A stretch of 55,947 nt of DNA, counting the filler, from Squatina squatina (lineage: Eukaryota): NCBI GenBank assembly GCA_031763465.1. It is 3 parts of 3 records of this genome, joined end to end, with 100 filler letters (N's around TTAATTAATTAA, not from the genome) between each part and the next. Parts side by side here need not be neighbours in the genome. Positions count along the whole stretch, not along the records: positions 1 to 15,069 come from JARFOE010000176.1; positions 15,170 to 29,540 come from JARFOE010000222.1; 1 more part is not named here. One strand, given 5' to 3'. The first letter of the stretch is position 1. Each line of letters begins with the position of its first letter. The notes below the pieces were generated by a model that saw only the letters and a list, made by a program, of their open reading frames with translations, searched no databases and was not told where the DNA came from. A program made the position numbers and the translations under genes. Of the stretch, positions 14,421-29,640 are shown one piece after another.

Positions 14421-15069
14421 ACAAGATGTATGCACAATTTATTGAATGACTGTAGTACTGGGTCTGATCTCACCAACTGATGCCCTTACCTCTCCACTCT
14501 CTCTAACCTCTGGTGGTGTCAGGTATGCTGTAACATCTCAGTACAGCCACCTTGGGGCACTCTGCTGGATTCTGCATGGAGCTTTGCAATCTTCTGTTCA
14601 ATGAGCGTATGTAATGCGATATAAAGCCTTGTTTGCTGGAAATCATAAAATGATAATTAAGGGCACTAGCAGAACACTTTCATGAGTTAGTCATTTGTTT
14701 CCAACCGGGGTTAACTCCCAGATAAAGGCTCATCTGGTCTAGTCTGAGTGACCTTTGTCAGTTCACTTTATTGACACATGTGTGTATCTTTAAGTCTAGA
14801 CATCTATTTAAAAAAAAGGTGGAATGCTGTTAAATACCTAAGTTAGATGTTACTGAAGAGCTTTTATATACTCTTTCAGGATTATGGGAATTTAAAAAGA
14901 GTTTAGAAAGAAATGCCACATCAACTGGAGGTTGTTACAAACACAGCTGTACTCATCCCCCAAATGGTTACAACACTTGTGCAGAATGCGATATGCACAA
15001 ATCTGCCCCTGGGTGGTTTGCACTATGTTTGCCTAATGAGATATTGGATATGTACTAAACATGTTACCA

Positions 15070-15169
15070 NNNNNNNNNNNNNNNNNNNNNNNNNNNNNNN
15101 NNNNNNNNNNNNNTTAATTAATTAANNNNNNNNNNNNNNNNNNNNNNNNNNNNNNNNNNNNNNNNNNNN
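15070..15169. other. Artificial scaffold-joining linker N44-TTAATTAATTAA-N44
   Basis: A palindromic 12-mer with stop codons in all six frames sits at 15114-15125, centred in a 100-base block. Confidence 0.95.
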
Positions 15170-16388
15170 TGCAAATGGGTTTACAAGGTTGTAGACGTGA
15201 GACTGTTAAAATGGCTGCAAAGACAGAGATTGCAAAGTAGTCCTTTTATTCACTGTATTTGAAAAAAAAGGCTATTGTGGGCAACAGCTGTGCTCTGAAA
15301 ATGCTTACAGCGATAAAATGATGCGGTAAAGTGAGTTGCTCGCTTTACTGGCAGCAGGGCATGATACGATATAACTGCTGCATTTTTACTTTTTAATCAC
15401 CATCTCTCTAATCGTTGAAGTGGAAATAGAACAAGTGCCAAGGCCCAACACACTTTTCTTCTTTCTCTTCCTGCTTGCCTTGCTTTACTTCTCTGTTGCT
15501 CTGGCGACAAGCAACAACACTTGGCTTATGCTCGCTGAGAACGCCTTTCCATCAGGAACAACATACCCTCGCCTTGTGAATAGATGCATGAAATATACAG
15601 TCTGACAGCATGTGAAACAAACCTAATTATGAGATTCCAATCATACTCCACCACCGTGATACTGTAATTAATCTATCCAGAGTCACATTATTTATTAGAA
15701 AGGGATTTTTTCAAAATTTAAAATTATCATGGCAAATATTTGGAGACTAGTGTTGTCTTTTTACCAATAGTGCAGAATTCTAAAAGAGTTGTTGCACAAT
15801 ACACTTTTTGGATATATAGAAAATCAAGTCAGTTGCAGATTTACCTCAAGAACCATGCTAATCATTTATGATCTAGTGAGGAACCAGCAATACATGATGC
15901 ATTATATAAACAAACACCAAGCTGAGTCTTTGTGAAATATTTACAACCGGCAGTTAGCAATAACCCTATAATCAGGCTTTGTGAAGATTGTTCTGGGATG
16001 TTAACCTTACCAAAAGGAGTCTCCTGTTCTAGTGTTATGAATTAAGTGCAGATGTTAATGAATGCAGATTTCATCATTCCATCACAGGATATTTGACTTT
16101 TTGAAAATTATATACATCACCAACTCACTATCTTTTCTCCAATATGCCAATTCTGTAGTAGAGTCAAATGAGCAATTAAGCAACTTTTATTATTACTTTT
16201 TTTTCCATGAGGGTGTATTCCTGGATTAGCTCCCTCCACCACAAGTACCTTCATCCCATATTTCTTCCTCCACCTCACTAGACACGTTNNNNNNNNNNNN
16301 NNNNNNNNNNNNNNNNNNNNNNNNNNNNNNNNNNNNNNNNNNNNNNNNNNNNNNNNNNNNNNNNNNNNNNNNNNNNNNNNNNNNNNNN

Positions 16389-16760
16389 AGAAAGACTTGC
16401 ATTTATATAGCGTCTTTCATGACCTCAGGACATCCCAAAGTGCGTTTACAGCCAATGAAATACTTTTGAAGTGTAGCCATTGTTGTAATGTAGGAAACGC
16501 AGTAGCCAATTTGTGCATAGCGCAAACAGCAATGTGATAATGACCAGATAATATGTTTTAGTGATGTTGATTGAGGGATAGATATTGGCCAGGACACCGG
16601 GGATAACTTCCCTGCTCTCATTCAAAATAGTGCCGCCAGATCTTTTGCGTCCACCTGAGAGAGCAGACAGGTTTAACGTCGCATCCGAAAGACGGCACCT
16701 CTGACAGTGCAGCACTCTCTCAGTACCGCACTGGAGTGTCAGCTTAGATTTTTGTGCACA
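16389..16760 (-). mobile_element. DeuSINE (SacSINE1-like) copy lacking the tRNA head
   Basis: It has the Deu-domain core (minus strand GAGGTGCCGTCTTTCGGATGCGACGTTAAAC...GTCCTGGCCAATAT) and the tail GCTATATAAATGCAAGTCTTTCT. Confidence 0.88.
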
Positions 16761-16808
16761 CGAAACAAGCTCTTTTTCCATATTGAATCCCACAGTTACT
16801 GTAACTGA

Positions 16809-17934
<1,126 letters not shown>

Positions 17935-18639
17935 NNNNNNNNNNNNNNNNNNNNNNNNNNNNNNNNNNNNNNNNNNNNNNNNNNNNNNNNNNNNNNNNNN
18001 NNNNNNNNNNNNNNNNNNNNNNNNNNNNNNNNNNNNNNNNNNNNNNNNNNNNNNNNNNNNNNNNNNNNNNNNNNNNNNNNNNNNNNNNNNNNNNNNNNNN
18101 NNNNNNNNNNNNNNNNNNNNNNNNNNNNNNNNNNNNNNNNNNNNNNNNNNNNNNNNNNNNNNNNNNNNNNNNNNNNNNNNNNNNNNNNNNNNNNNNNNNN
18201 NNNNNNNNNNNNNNNNNNNNNNNNNNNNNNNNNNNNNNNNNNNNNNNNNNNNNNNNNNNNNNNNNNNNNNNNNNNNNNNNNNNNNNNNNNNNNNNNNNNN
18301 NNNNNNNNNNNNNNNNNNNNNNNNNNNNNNNNNNNNNNNNNNNNNNNNNNNNNNNNNNNNNNNNNNNNNNNNNNNNNNNNNNNNNNNNNNNNNNNNNNNN
18401 NNNNNNNNNNNNNNNNNNNNNNNNNNNNNNNNNNNNNNNNNNNNNNNNNNNNNNNNNNNNNNNNNNNNNNNNNNNNNNNNNNNNNNNNNNNNNNNNNNNN
18501 NNNNNNNNNNNNNNNNNNNNNNNNNNNNNNNNNNNNNNNNNNNNNNNNNNNNNNNNNNNNNNNNNNNNNNNNNNNNNNNNNNNNNNNNNNNNNNNNNNNN
18601 NNNNNNNNNNNNNNNNNNNNNNNNNNNNNNNNNNNNNNN

Positions 18640-18715
18640 ATGATCATATCGAATGGCGGAGCAGGCTCGAAGGGCCGAGTGGCCTACTCCTGTTCCTATT
18701 TTCTATGTTTCTTTG
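18640..18715 (+). mobile_element. CR1/HE1-type retroposon 3' tail
   Basis: ATGATCATATCGAATGGCGGAGCAGGCTCGAAGGGCCGAGTGGCCTACTCCTGTTCCTATTTTCTATG is nearly identical to 21910-21985. Confidence 0.8.
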
Positions 18716-21700
18716 TTTTCAAAATTATTTGAAAAGATGAGTAGAAAGTGATAGAAACGAAAACAAGTCCCATCTTTAGAGTTAACTAAAGAGATCTAAT
18801 GCATCTTGGGAAATTAGACACACTGCACATGCTCAGACAGCACAATCCAAATTCAACTCACAGCTATCCCAGGCTTTTGAGAGAGGATTAAGTCTTCAAG
18901 TAAAAACTTCAACAAAGGAATTTAAAGGACCAAAAGACAATTCAAAATTGTGGATTGGTGAGGGTGTACCTTTAAGAATGGCAACTTTAAAAAGAAACAA
19001 TCACCAGCCAATATGAGTTGTAACAACCTAACATCTACTCTGTTAATGTGAAACTGCTCACTCCAGTCAAAAGATATGGTACAATGGCACACTGATGCTA
19101 GGTAAAGGTTAAAAGCATTTTTCTTGTATTTAACTATGTAATGTGTAACAGTAGTGGACTGTAATAGTGGATTCCGAGCAATACCTCCTGTCCTGTTTTA
19201 CACAATACTTTAGCTGGCAGTTGTTTAGATGCTGGGCGGTTAAAAATAGAATACCACATGTGGTGTTATTGAATGGATGCAATCCATTAGACTAGATCAC
19301 ACAGTGAGTAAAATAATTATGTGAAATGGATTTTTTTTTTTGGAAACAAAATTAACATTTTTGAATAAACTCACAATTATGTCTGGTTCTCTTTTAAATC
19401 TAAGTGTTACAAATATTATTTTTCTGGATGTGTGTTGCCAGTAAGCTACAAGATGTCTATTTTTTAAATACATACAAAAGAGATAAACCATGAATTTCAG
19501 TTTCACCCTGATTGGCATATAGCTCTGCACTAGTGTCTGATTTGTGCGTGTTACTATTTATTGTTCAGGTAACATGAAGCATAAAATTTTTTCATCAACT
19601 GAAGTTCAACCACATTATAAACCAATTCAGCTTTATTCATTTTACTATACATAAACTCAAGCAGCAGAACTATCATGCTTCTGTTAATCATCTCGATTAC
19701 AAAAGCACAAAGATTTCTTGCCTTGCATTTTCAGTATTTGACATTCTATTTTTGTCTTATTTTTCTAGTCGGGGATTTTTTTTCTCTATTTGGTGTACTG
19801 GTGCATTTTTGGAGACATGAAGACTTGAGCAATATGGGGAAGTAGCTCCCAAAATATCCAGCAGCACTGGAGATTTGTATCTTTACAATGATAATGTGTT
19901 TTTCACAGCAAAAAAAATAATCACAAAATTGATAAATCACCATCACATACAGCGTGACATTAGAATTGATCAGGTAGACTTGCTCATGCATCACCACAGA
20001 TTTCAGCACCTTGGACAAAGCTTTCAGAGCTAGGCGATTTGTCAAAGGCACGAGATTTGAAATACAACCTATTATAATGCAGGTACTGAACAGGTCAGCA
20101 GGAACTTGCTCATGTATCTTACATTTTCATCTCTCGTTCTTACTTGTGTTTAGCAGCCATTAATGGCAGAGTTCAAAAGCTACAAAATGTCATCTGTTGG
20201 ATGCATCACTTTTGAGTAAAAGTATTCCATGACAATCACATCAAATTATCAAACATTGAAATTCCCAATAAAATATAATCCACAAAAATATTAATTATAC
20301 ATTTGTTTTATAAAATTGAAATGCACNNNNNNNNNNNNNNNNNNNNNNNNNNNNNNNNNNNNNNNNNNNNNNNNNNNNNNNNNNNNNNNNNNNNNNNNNN
20401 NNNNNNNNNNNNNNNNNNNNNNNNNNCACCAAGGTCATTTTAGTAAAGGAAAGAAGCTTGATGCCAACAGTTTAAATTTAAGAAAGCTTACCTGTACAGC
20501 TATTCAAAAAAAACTATTACAATGTTTAATTTGAAGATATGTATATTAAAAAATTATAATCAAGATTTGAAAAAATGTTTCCTGGAACTTGATATTACAA
20601 CCTTACTGAGGAACTATTCATGAGCTTTGCCAATATCAACATCCACTCTCACACCCATATCAAAGAGCTGACTATCATCCTTTTATGTATGATTACAATG
20701 ATTAATTTGTAACTCATAATTGAAAGTCATGCCAATTTTGTAGAACATAAAGCTTACATCATCTAGGCCTCCTACTGTGTAGTCAGACTTAATTTCTCCA
20801 TATCATGGTAAGCCCATCTAGATTCCTGATCAGCAGCTGCTTTACTGCAGTCTGTCTACTCTCATTGGAGTTAAGGACTTACAGTAAGACTTTGTTGACC
20901 AATTTGTCAGCTACTAACCATGTGTGGTTAATTGGGAATCCAGAATTGACTAACTGCATTTTTGAATATAAAATAAGTATGAGACACAATTGTTGAGTAA
21001 GTGATCTCAATACTCATATTTGCAGGGTGTATGCATGTGTACTTTAATCTTTCTGTCCATTTATTCATAAAACAGAGTGTGCGAGGGTTTTTTTGATTGT
21101 TTACTTCCTTCGTTACTGCTTATTGGTTATATGCTAAAATGGTGCGTAACACAGGTGAAAATGCTGGACTTCAGCACCATGGAAACACCAGCAACACTGT
21201 GTGGAGAAAGGAGTTGTCTTCATGGTCAGCTCCAGCAATTGGAACAACTGTTCCAGGCCAGCAGAAAAATGCAACCCCAACCAATAATGAGCAGCTGCGA
21301 TGATCACTCTGAAGTCAAAATACTGGTCGCAACTGCTGGACGAAAACCTCGAAGCTGTATATAAATATGGGATGTTAAATTGAGTGCATTTGGCTAAAAT
21401 GGTGTTGCTGTAGCCACACCTGTGGCTAATCAGTAATTTCTACTGGACAACACTGCAATAATAAGACTGTCCTTATGTAAGGTGTACTGTATACTCAGTG
21501 CACTCATCACTCTGGAACCTTTAATTTGCCCTGAAATAAATCACTCTGCTAGTACCATCCATTTCAACGTTCTTAACCATCTGGAGTCCCAAATGTATGA
21601 AAATAGCTGGCATGATGTCCTTAATACAACAAAACCAAAGCACAAGGGAGGAAAGTGTGCCAACTGGATAAGGAAAGCTGTTATCTGCTCCTCTGTATTA

Positions 21701-21864
21701 CGGTGCTTCCTAGCTGCAGGATCTCTTCCTGCTGTGAGGGTAAATCTTCAAAAATCTGGCTAATTCATAAAAGTAATTACTCATAACACACAGTTCTGTT
21801 CTGATGGTTCATTAATTTTTAGGAACTCTGTAGCTGTAGCAAAGAAAGCACATCAGGTCATTCA

Positions 21865-21986
21865 GTTTTTATGGCTAAAGGGATCAAGGGATATGGGAAG
21901 AAAGCATGATCATGATCATATTGAATGGCGGAGCAGGCTCAAAGGGTCGAATGGCCTACTCCTGCACCTATTTTCTATGTTTCTAT
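21865..21986 (+). mobile_element. CR1/HE1-type retroposon 3' tail
   Basis: AAGGGATCAAGGGATATGGG...GAATGGCGGAGCAGGCTCAAAGGGTCGAATGGCCTACTCCTGCACCTATTTTCTATG. Confidence 0.8.
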
Positions 21987-22959
21987 TTTTCAATACACAA
22001 TCCAACCAAAACCTGACATATTATCATTAACCTATTTTCATTCTCAACCATCTAAAGGTAGCACAATTGAATTCAAATCATTGAAGTATATTAGTTGTGT
22101 TTGAGTATTCACATTATGGAGCAAAACATGTTTTGCCTAGAAAAATGTTATATTGCTGAAATGGGCATGAATGACAATTTTACTCTTTGCTCTAAATCAC
22201 CATATTTGTTACATGTAGGAATGAATCCCAAACCAACCTTAAACTTCATACATTGAAGAGGGATTTGGTGAAACTAAGACAAATCTGAATCTTCCAATTT
22301 CAGTAAAGTGTATTCACTCACATTCTGCAGGCAGGAAATTGAACATTTAAAAACTGATTCATTGTTAACTGTCACAACTTTCAAACTTGATTTTTCTGTT
22401 AGATGAAAGCAAAACACAACTGTTCAAAAATTTCCATTTGCTCCTCTGCAATGCCTGGACTCGTGAGTTTTAATGGAAAATGGAAGCACCTATATGGATG
22501 TTTGACAGTAATCTTGGCTGTGGTGACAAACATCCAGGTGACTGCATTGGCAGAGATTTATTTTTCCAATATGTATTGTCTGATAGCTTACAGATAGAAT
22601 ACTGCTGCCTTTTAAAGAGTGAATAGACAAGTTTGCTTCACTAGGATTTTTANNNNNNNNNNCCACTGAGTTCAGTTTCCTATTAGGTGATGACTTTTCA
22701 TTTTTAAGTGAGGATACACACGCTTTTTAATACTAAAATAACTGTCTGCCATCATCCACTTTTCTTCAGACCAACACTATTGGAAACCAAGACAACAGGC
22801 AAATGAACTATCTGAGCCCAGGCTTCCGTCAATGTCAATCTACTGCTAGTGGTGAGGAGGTGCTTGAGAATAAAGCAGTCAGGACTTGTACGCCGAGGCT
22901 CAGCAACTCCTGAGAGTAACAGAACACGCAATTTCAATATTTATGGAATACACTTTTCC

Positions 22960-24160
22960 CTTCTGAATTAATTTGGGCCGCAACCGGGCAGTGAGTGGGG
23001 TGCCTGCTCTACTCACCCAATGACGTTGGCAGAATTCCCACATAATTTTGGTGATTAGCTTAATTTCTATGAGCGGTGAGCTGCCAATACTAATTGCTCC
23101 GCTTATAGGCAGCTCGCTATTGAGAAATGTAGGAAATCCAGTGCCCTGCTGCTTAAAGCCAGCCCGCAGTCAACCATGGAGCATGTGATCAACTTAATGG
23201 ATGCTATCGCTAGGCCTTTCTTGTAGACTCTGTGACACTAGTTGTAGCACTTCTGCCGCAGCAGCTGCTGAGATGCTGCAATCCGCTGCTGGGCCTTCTC
23301 AAGCCTGAGCTTTGAAAGCTTGCTGAAGACGGTCATTTCAAGAGTCTTCATCTGAGCCACTGGAGTGTTCCACCTCCCCTGCTGAGTTGCAAACCACTAT
23401 GATACAGAGCACTCTCGGTGTTGTACTCGGGGAAGCCACCAGATATGTTCAGTCAGCAGAATCGATGCTTGAGCACTCCAATGGTCTGTTCAATGAAAGT
23501 TCTAGTTGACATGTTGTAGCCGGCAAGCGTGGGTTCCTGAGAGGAATCATTAGCTATGTATGTAGGGCATAGCCCTTGCAATCTCCCTCTGCTGGGGGTG
23601 ATGGAGGATTGACGGAAGATAAAAAGAGTCATGGCAGCTGCCAGGAAAATGGGCAAAGACCTGCATAATACACTGCTGGTGATCACACACCAATTGCACA
23701 GTAATGGAGCAGAAACCCATGAAGACAATGGATTCATTGGCTTGCAAGGCAATGTGCATGCAGTCATTGATGTTTTGGAAGACTTGCAATCTGCACACAC
23801 CCTACTGTTTCCAGTTGTCCATGGTGAACGTAATGAAGCCATCTGCTATAGCAAACATGACATCAACCACCTGGTTAAATCAAGCATGAACTGCAGATTG
23901 ACTGATTATACCGATATCCCACATTGCAACCTGGAAGGCACTGGAGAAAATGAGCAATGACTGAAAAGTGCAGATATCTAACTCGCGGCCCATATGCCCA
24001 ATTGGGAGGGTAGAGATGTCTGCAAGCTCCCCTCCTCTGTGGTCTCCCTGCAGCTGCATGTGATCCTTCGGCCTGTTGCTGCTGTTCCTTTTCCTCTGGC
24101 CTGAATGGAATGGCCAGACAGATTCCCATTTTCAGAAAGAGAGCACTGCAGATACACCCT
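22960..24160 (-). mobile_element. PIF/Harbinger transposon remnant with a degenerate HARBI1-like DDE transposase (~23400-24130)
   Basis: Frameshifted ORFs give GFCSITVQLVCDHQQCIMQVFAHFPGSCHDSF and YNMSTRTFIEQTIGVLKHRFC, matching Harbinger transposase motifs (NVQLVCD, PGSxHD, RxxIExxxGxLKxRF). Confidence 0.85.
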
Positions 24161-24375
24161 NNNNNNNNNNNNNNNNNNNNNNNNNNNNNNNNNNNNNNNN
24201 NNNNNNNNNNNNNNNNNNNNNNNNNNNNNNNNNNNNNNNNNNNNNNNNNNNNNNNNNNNNCGAAGACACCTAAATCTCAGTAAACACCAACATTTAATAG
24301 TTTCTCACCATTTAAAAAAATATTCTATTTTTCTATTCTTCCTACCAAAGCGAATAACCTCACATTTCTCCACAT

Positions 24376-24799
24376 AGAATCATAGAAATTTACAGCACAG
24401 AAGGAGGCCGTTTGGCCCGTCGTGCCTGTGCTGGTTCTTTGAAAGATCAGTCATGCTTAGTCCCACACTCTGCTTTTTGTCCGTAACCCTGTTAGTTCCT
24501 CATCCTCCAGTACCCGTCCAACTCCCTTTTAATATTTATGGAATCAGCTTCCACCACCGTTTCAGATCAAGTGCTCCAGATCCCAACAGCTCAATGAAAA
24601 AATTTCTCCTCATCTCCCCTTTAGATCTTTTGCCAATGATTTTGAATCTATGACCTTTAGTTATTGACCCACTCGCCAGAGGGAATACTTTTCTCCGTCT
24701 ACTCCATCAAAACATCTCATCATCTTAAAAGTCTCTCTTATGTTGCCTCTGAACCTTCTCTGTTCCAAGGAGAACAAACCTAACTTTTCCAACCTCTCC
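24376..24799 (-). mobile_element. CR1 LINE 3' end, lying next to another CR1 fragment (24261-24375)
   Basis: It starts CATAGAATCATAGAAATTTACAGCACAGAAGGAGGCCG and continues into the end of ORF2. 24261-24375 resembles 25395-25500. Confidence 0.75.
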
Positions 24800-24899
24800 N
24801 NNNNNNNNNNNNNNNNNNNNNNNNNNNNNNNNNNNNNNNNNNNNNNNNNNNNNNNNNNNNNNNNNNNNNNNNNNNNNNNNNNNNNNNNNNNNNNNNNNN

Positions 24900-25580
24900 A
24901 CTACAGCCCTTTGGGGTAGAGAATTCCAAAGATTCACAACCCTTGGAGTGAAGAAATTTCTCCTCCTCTCTGTCCTAAATGGCCGACCTTTAGTTCTAGA
25001 CTCTCCATCCAGGGGAAACAACCTCTCAGCATCTACCCTGTCAATCCCCTTCAGAATCTTATATGTTTCAATGAGATCACCTCTCATTCTTCTTAACTCC
25101 GGAGAGTATAGGCCCAATCTACTCCATCTCTCCTCATAGGACAACCCTTTCATCCCAGGAATCAATCTACTGAATCTCCGTTGCACGGCCTCTGAGGCAA
25201 ATATATCATTCCTCGGATAAGGGGACCACAACTGTGCACAGTATTCCAGGTGTGGTCTCATCAAAGCCCTGTACAATTATAGCATGACTTCCTTACTGTT
25301 GTACTACAACCCCCTTGTAATAAAGGCCAACCTACTGTTTGCCTTCCTAATTGCTTGCTGTACTTGGATGCCAACTGTGTTTCCTGTATAAGGACACCTA
25401 AAACACTCTGAACACCAACATTTTATAGTTTCTCACCATTTAAAAAATATTGTTTTTCTATTCTTCCTAATAAAGTTAATAACCTCATATTTCCCCACAT
25501 TATACATCAACTGCAACCTTATTGCCCACTCACTTAACATGCTATATCCCTTTGCAGGCTCTTTGCGTCCTTCTGACAGC
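24900..25580 (-). mobile_element. CR1 LINE ORF2 C-terminal fragment
   Basis: YRALMRPHLEYCAQLWSPY...EAVQRRFSRLIPGMKGLSYEER..RLGLYS.E.RRMRGDLIETYKILKG...NLWNSLP is the typical CR1 ORF2 C-terminus. Confidence 0.93.
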
Positions 25581-26209
25581 TTATGGACTTTTTATTACAC
25601 AAAATAAGCTGCTATTTAAAACTCCATTTTTTTGGCAAATTTTGTGGTGAGGAATGAATCTAATTTATAACCACACACCACCGATATGCATAATACTGCC
25701 ATTTGCACCACGTCTCTTCGACTGTGGCTCTCAGCAGACTTGCTGTGTCATGTGCATCTGATTTCCTGTCATACACATATCTGATATGGAATGCTGGCAG
25801 AGCTGGAATCGAGTGATGTTCCCTCTCCCTCTCTTGTTCTCCAGTAAAAGGAAGGAAGGGAATAGTGTTAAAAGACAGGGTTATCCCAGCTTCTATACTG
25901 CAAGTGAAAGGGTTTTTATAAACTAGAAGTATTTAGTAGGACAATTAGTCCTAATTTTTGTTTCCTCNNNNNNNNNNNNNNNNNNNNNNNNNNNNNNNNN
26001 NNNNNNNNNNNNNNNNNNNNNNNNNNNNNNNNNNNNNNNNNNNNNNNNNNNNNNNNNNNNNNNNNNNTTTTGTGATGTCTCCCCGGGTGGGAACATCGTT
26101 CCCACTCGAGGAGATCGTAATTTCAGGCCCAACCTGTTTTTTCTATTCTTCCTACCAAAGTAAATACCCTCACATTTCCCTACATTATACTCCATCTGCC
26201 ACCTTACTG

Positions 26210-27697
26210 CCCTCTCATTGGACGGATTCTTCCCAACCCTGCAACTGCGGGTTTGGGGGTGGGACAGCTGTCATAATCACCCTGATTGACAGCAGATCAG
26301 GATCCTACTCTGAACCTACCCCCTTGTAAGTTTCTCAACTGTCAGTGGATCGTAAACCTGACACCAAGCGGCAGGCCAGTTAGTTGAAGTATTTAACAAG
26401 TAATTAAACAGTGTTTAAGAAGAGTAAAACCTCACACTTACCATTTTCCCAGCCGTTTGGCAGGTTTGCTGTCGCTCCTGGAACACACCAGGTAAGTGCA
26501 GTTGGGTTCTCAGTCAGTCTCCATTCCTTTGACTAGTTGACAGCTGCTGAAGTGGTACAAAAGCTACTATTTCACAGCTGTTCACTTTCCAATGTCATAA
26601 GGTGAACCCTTCAGGATTTGGAACTTGCCTTTCAGCTGTATGCAGTGTACAAGAGTTTGCTGTGAACTCTCAGCTGTCAGCTCCTTGGACCAAACTCTCT
26701 CACTATTGACAGATCAGTTCTGTCATCTCAACCTTACCTGCCATCTATTGCAGCAGCATTGGTGCCCTTGAAACTATTTCACCGTCATCCTGAGATTCTC
26801 ATGACAATCAGCCTGATTCCAACACCAACATCACTAAATACACCAGCAGCACCAATAGCAACACCAACCTTCTCCGCAATCACCTGATGCTGCACAGGAC
26901 ACAGGGCATCAGCACCTCACCACAATGCTGCCCGGGAGACCAGGGATGGCCTCACCATGGCCACATTTACTTCGCTGAACGCTGTGCACCCTGGCTGCCA
27001 AATGATGCGCCAGATTGGCACCACAAAACATCAGCATCATAAAGCAACCCTGCAATGCCCATGCCCTTCGCACTCATCATCATTGTGCGAGGTGCCCTTA
27101 TGTCTCACCATTCACTCCAACTCACAAAGCCACTTCAGAATTTACACACAAATCTGTGAAAGAAGGCAAAGTGCTCAGAATAAAGATTTCAATGTTTGAC
27201 AATTCTTCACCATAAACTCTACATGATCATTGCCTGAAACACTCAAATGTCTGCCCTTGTGTGTTGTTATTTGGTATGATTGGACAAGGATGAGATTGAG
27301 TGTGAGGGGTGGCTAGCGAGATGAGGATGTGATAATGTAGATAGAGTGGGATAGGTGGTAAGTTGGTGTGAGTGCGGATGTGTAAGAGGAGGGTAGGGAA
27401 GACAGAGTGATGGGGATGTGATGAGTAGCACAGCAGGATGAGGTTGAATGTGGCTCTGCAGTAATGTTTCATGGTCTACTGAGATCATTGAAAGGTTTGC
27501 ACCACTGCAGCCGGGTCCTCTTGATGACATCCCTGCTTGTGCCCTCCTATGCAACGTGCAACCAGGCTGCGTTGGTGTCCTGGGAGATCTCTTCTGCCCA
27601 GTGGAAGGGAAGAAGTCCTCCCTGCATGCTGTGACACCCACCATAAGCATCTAGAGGGAGTTATGGGAGAGCCTAGGTGCAGACGTGCACCTTTGTG
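26210..27697 (-). mobile_element. Harbinger-type element remnant with a degenerate Myb/SANT-like ORF at ~27470-27695
   Basis: The minus strand reads, with frameshifts and stops, APRLSHNSL*MLMVGV..CREDFFPS...AAWLHVA*E..SRDVIKRT.LQW.KPFNDLSR, paralleling the ORF at 950-1180. The element boundaries are approximate. Confidence 0.6.
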
Positions 27698-29540
27698 NNN
27701 NNNNNNNNNNNNNNNNNNNNNNNNNNNNNNNNNNNNNNNNNNNNNNNNNNNNNNNNNNNNNNNNNNNNNNNNNNNNNNNNNNNNNNNNNNNNNNNNNAGG
27801 CGGGAACTTGCTACGCAAGGAATTAAGTTAATGAATGGTTCCCTTAAAACCAAATTTTCCACTCTGGATTTATAACCCCCGGTGGCTGCCTCTAAAGCTG
27901 TGCCTTCTAAACTAAAAATTGTATCTTTAGGCAGTCACTTCATTAAAATATCTTTATTTATTCAGTTATATCAAGAAAATTATATATTGCTCTATGTAGC
28001 GCATACAAGCTGTGATTAGTGTATTGTGGATTACAGATAATAAAAGCTTTTATGTGGATTTTGAACAATAGGCGAATGCAATAAGGAAAATATTACTCCA
28101 CTGAAAAGTGTATCCCCAGCCTGAATTATAAAAGCTTGCTTCAGACAGAGTGACATTAGGTCTGCAGTCAATTAACAGACATATAGGCTCAAACCTGTTG
28201 TCTGTCATATTATGAAGCCTGGTGGAAGTGCTTTCGTCATGGCAAATGAGACTGCAAAAAACCCCAGCTGCTAAGTTCTGCTTTGTTCTGACATGGTGAT
28301 TAAAAGGAAGAGTGGTACTTAAAGGAGCGCAACTGTAACACTATTTCATTTTGCAGACAGTTCCATTTCCTTCGAACAGCTCACTGCAGAAGTCAGGCCT
28401 TATGTAACTGCCGCATCACCAGAACCCACAGCCAGCTGAGCAATTTGATTTATGATAGTGGCGCATTCAATTATATTTTGTAAAAAAAAAATCTCCTTGG
28501 AGCAAATGAATCTGATGCTGTCAACTCAATTTAAAAAAAAANNNNNNNNNNNNNNNNNNNNNNNNNNNNNNNNNNNNNNNNNNNNNNNNNNNNNNNNNNN
28601 NNNNNNNNNNNNNNNNNNNNNNNNNNNNNNNNNNNNNNNNNAGCATCTTCCAGATTTCCACGTTTAACTGTGCATGTGCAGATGCTAGAGGTTGCTGTCA
28701 TTTTTACCAAGAAAAAACGGCGAGCACTGACAGCCTCACCAATATTACGACCACAAATCCCAGGCCATTATTTTTTATGTGATCCTGCCTGAGCTGTCCA
28801 GCGCTACCAGAGGGTGCTAGGTTCAAATTGCAGCAGGGTTCATTCAACCTTTCATCCTTCCAAGATGCATAAATGAGTATCACAGATTAGGACGTGGAGG
28901 AATAACAGGAGATTTCAAGGACTGTTCATAGTGTTTACCACACTGTCACAAATACCAGTAGCTGCCAGCAATAAAAATAGATGTCACCAAGTCTCTTCAT
29001 CTCTCGATTTGGTGGCTTCTGAACAATGAACTGAAGACTGCTTGTAGCTGGAGACTCTATACAAGTGCTTGTTGGTTGCAGAAAAGACATGCAAATTCCT
29101 TTCAACTTCACATGATTTTGGTTGCACCACAAGCCCAACTTTGTGTTAACTAATATTCTTCAAATACAAAAGGCTACTCAAGTTCACGCATGAAACTGCA
29201 GATAAAACTTTTTTTTTTAAAATACAGTCAGAAGCAGACGCTTGCTGCTTCAGGTATAAAAGTAATGAAAGGGCTGCAATGGTGCAGCATTCATGCTGTT
29301 AATTAGGAAACATCTGTTCCATAGTTTCAGTAGCAAGTCTATTTATAAGTCTCACCTGAGTAAAACTCATAATCACTGTGGAAAGAGTGAAAAAAACGTG
29401 CTACATTTCAGCAAATACAGTGTTTGTGAGATTTATTAATTGGCTTTTCATAGAACATTGGGTTAACATAAAAAAATTCAGGTATCAATCTTCAAATAGA
29501 TTTACTTCATCGCGAGGTATCGACGTATTAGTCTCAGACC

Positions 29541-29640
29541 NNNNNNNNNNNNNNNNNNNNNNNNNNNNNNNNNNNNNNNNNNNNTTAATTAATTAANNNN
29601 NNNNNNNNNNNNNNNNNNNNNNNNNNNNNNNNNNNNNNNN
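29541..29640. other. Artificial scaffold-joining linker N44-TTAATTAATTAA-N44
   Basis: Same structure as 15070-15169, with the 12-mer at 29585-29596. Confidence 0.95.

Noticed and set aside
15114-15125. TTAATTAATTAA as a biological motif (homeodomain or piggyBac site); also at 29585-29596
   Set aside because: It is centred exactly within N runs, so it is a pipeline linker.
17935-18740. C-terminal part of the 631-aa ORF and the other X-rich ORFs
   Set aside because: They read through N gaps. The tail DHIEWRSRLEGPSGLLL is a translated retroposon 3' end.
23400-24130. Host gene HARBI1
   Set aside because: It has multiple frameshifts and deletions, so it is a transposon fossil.
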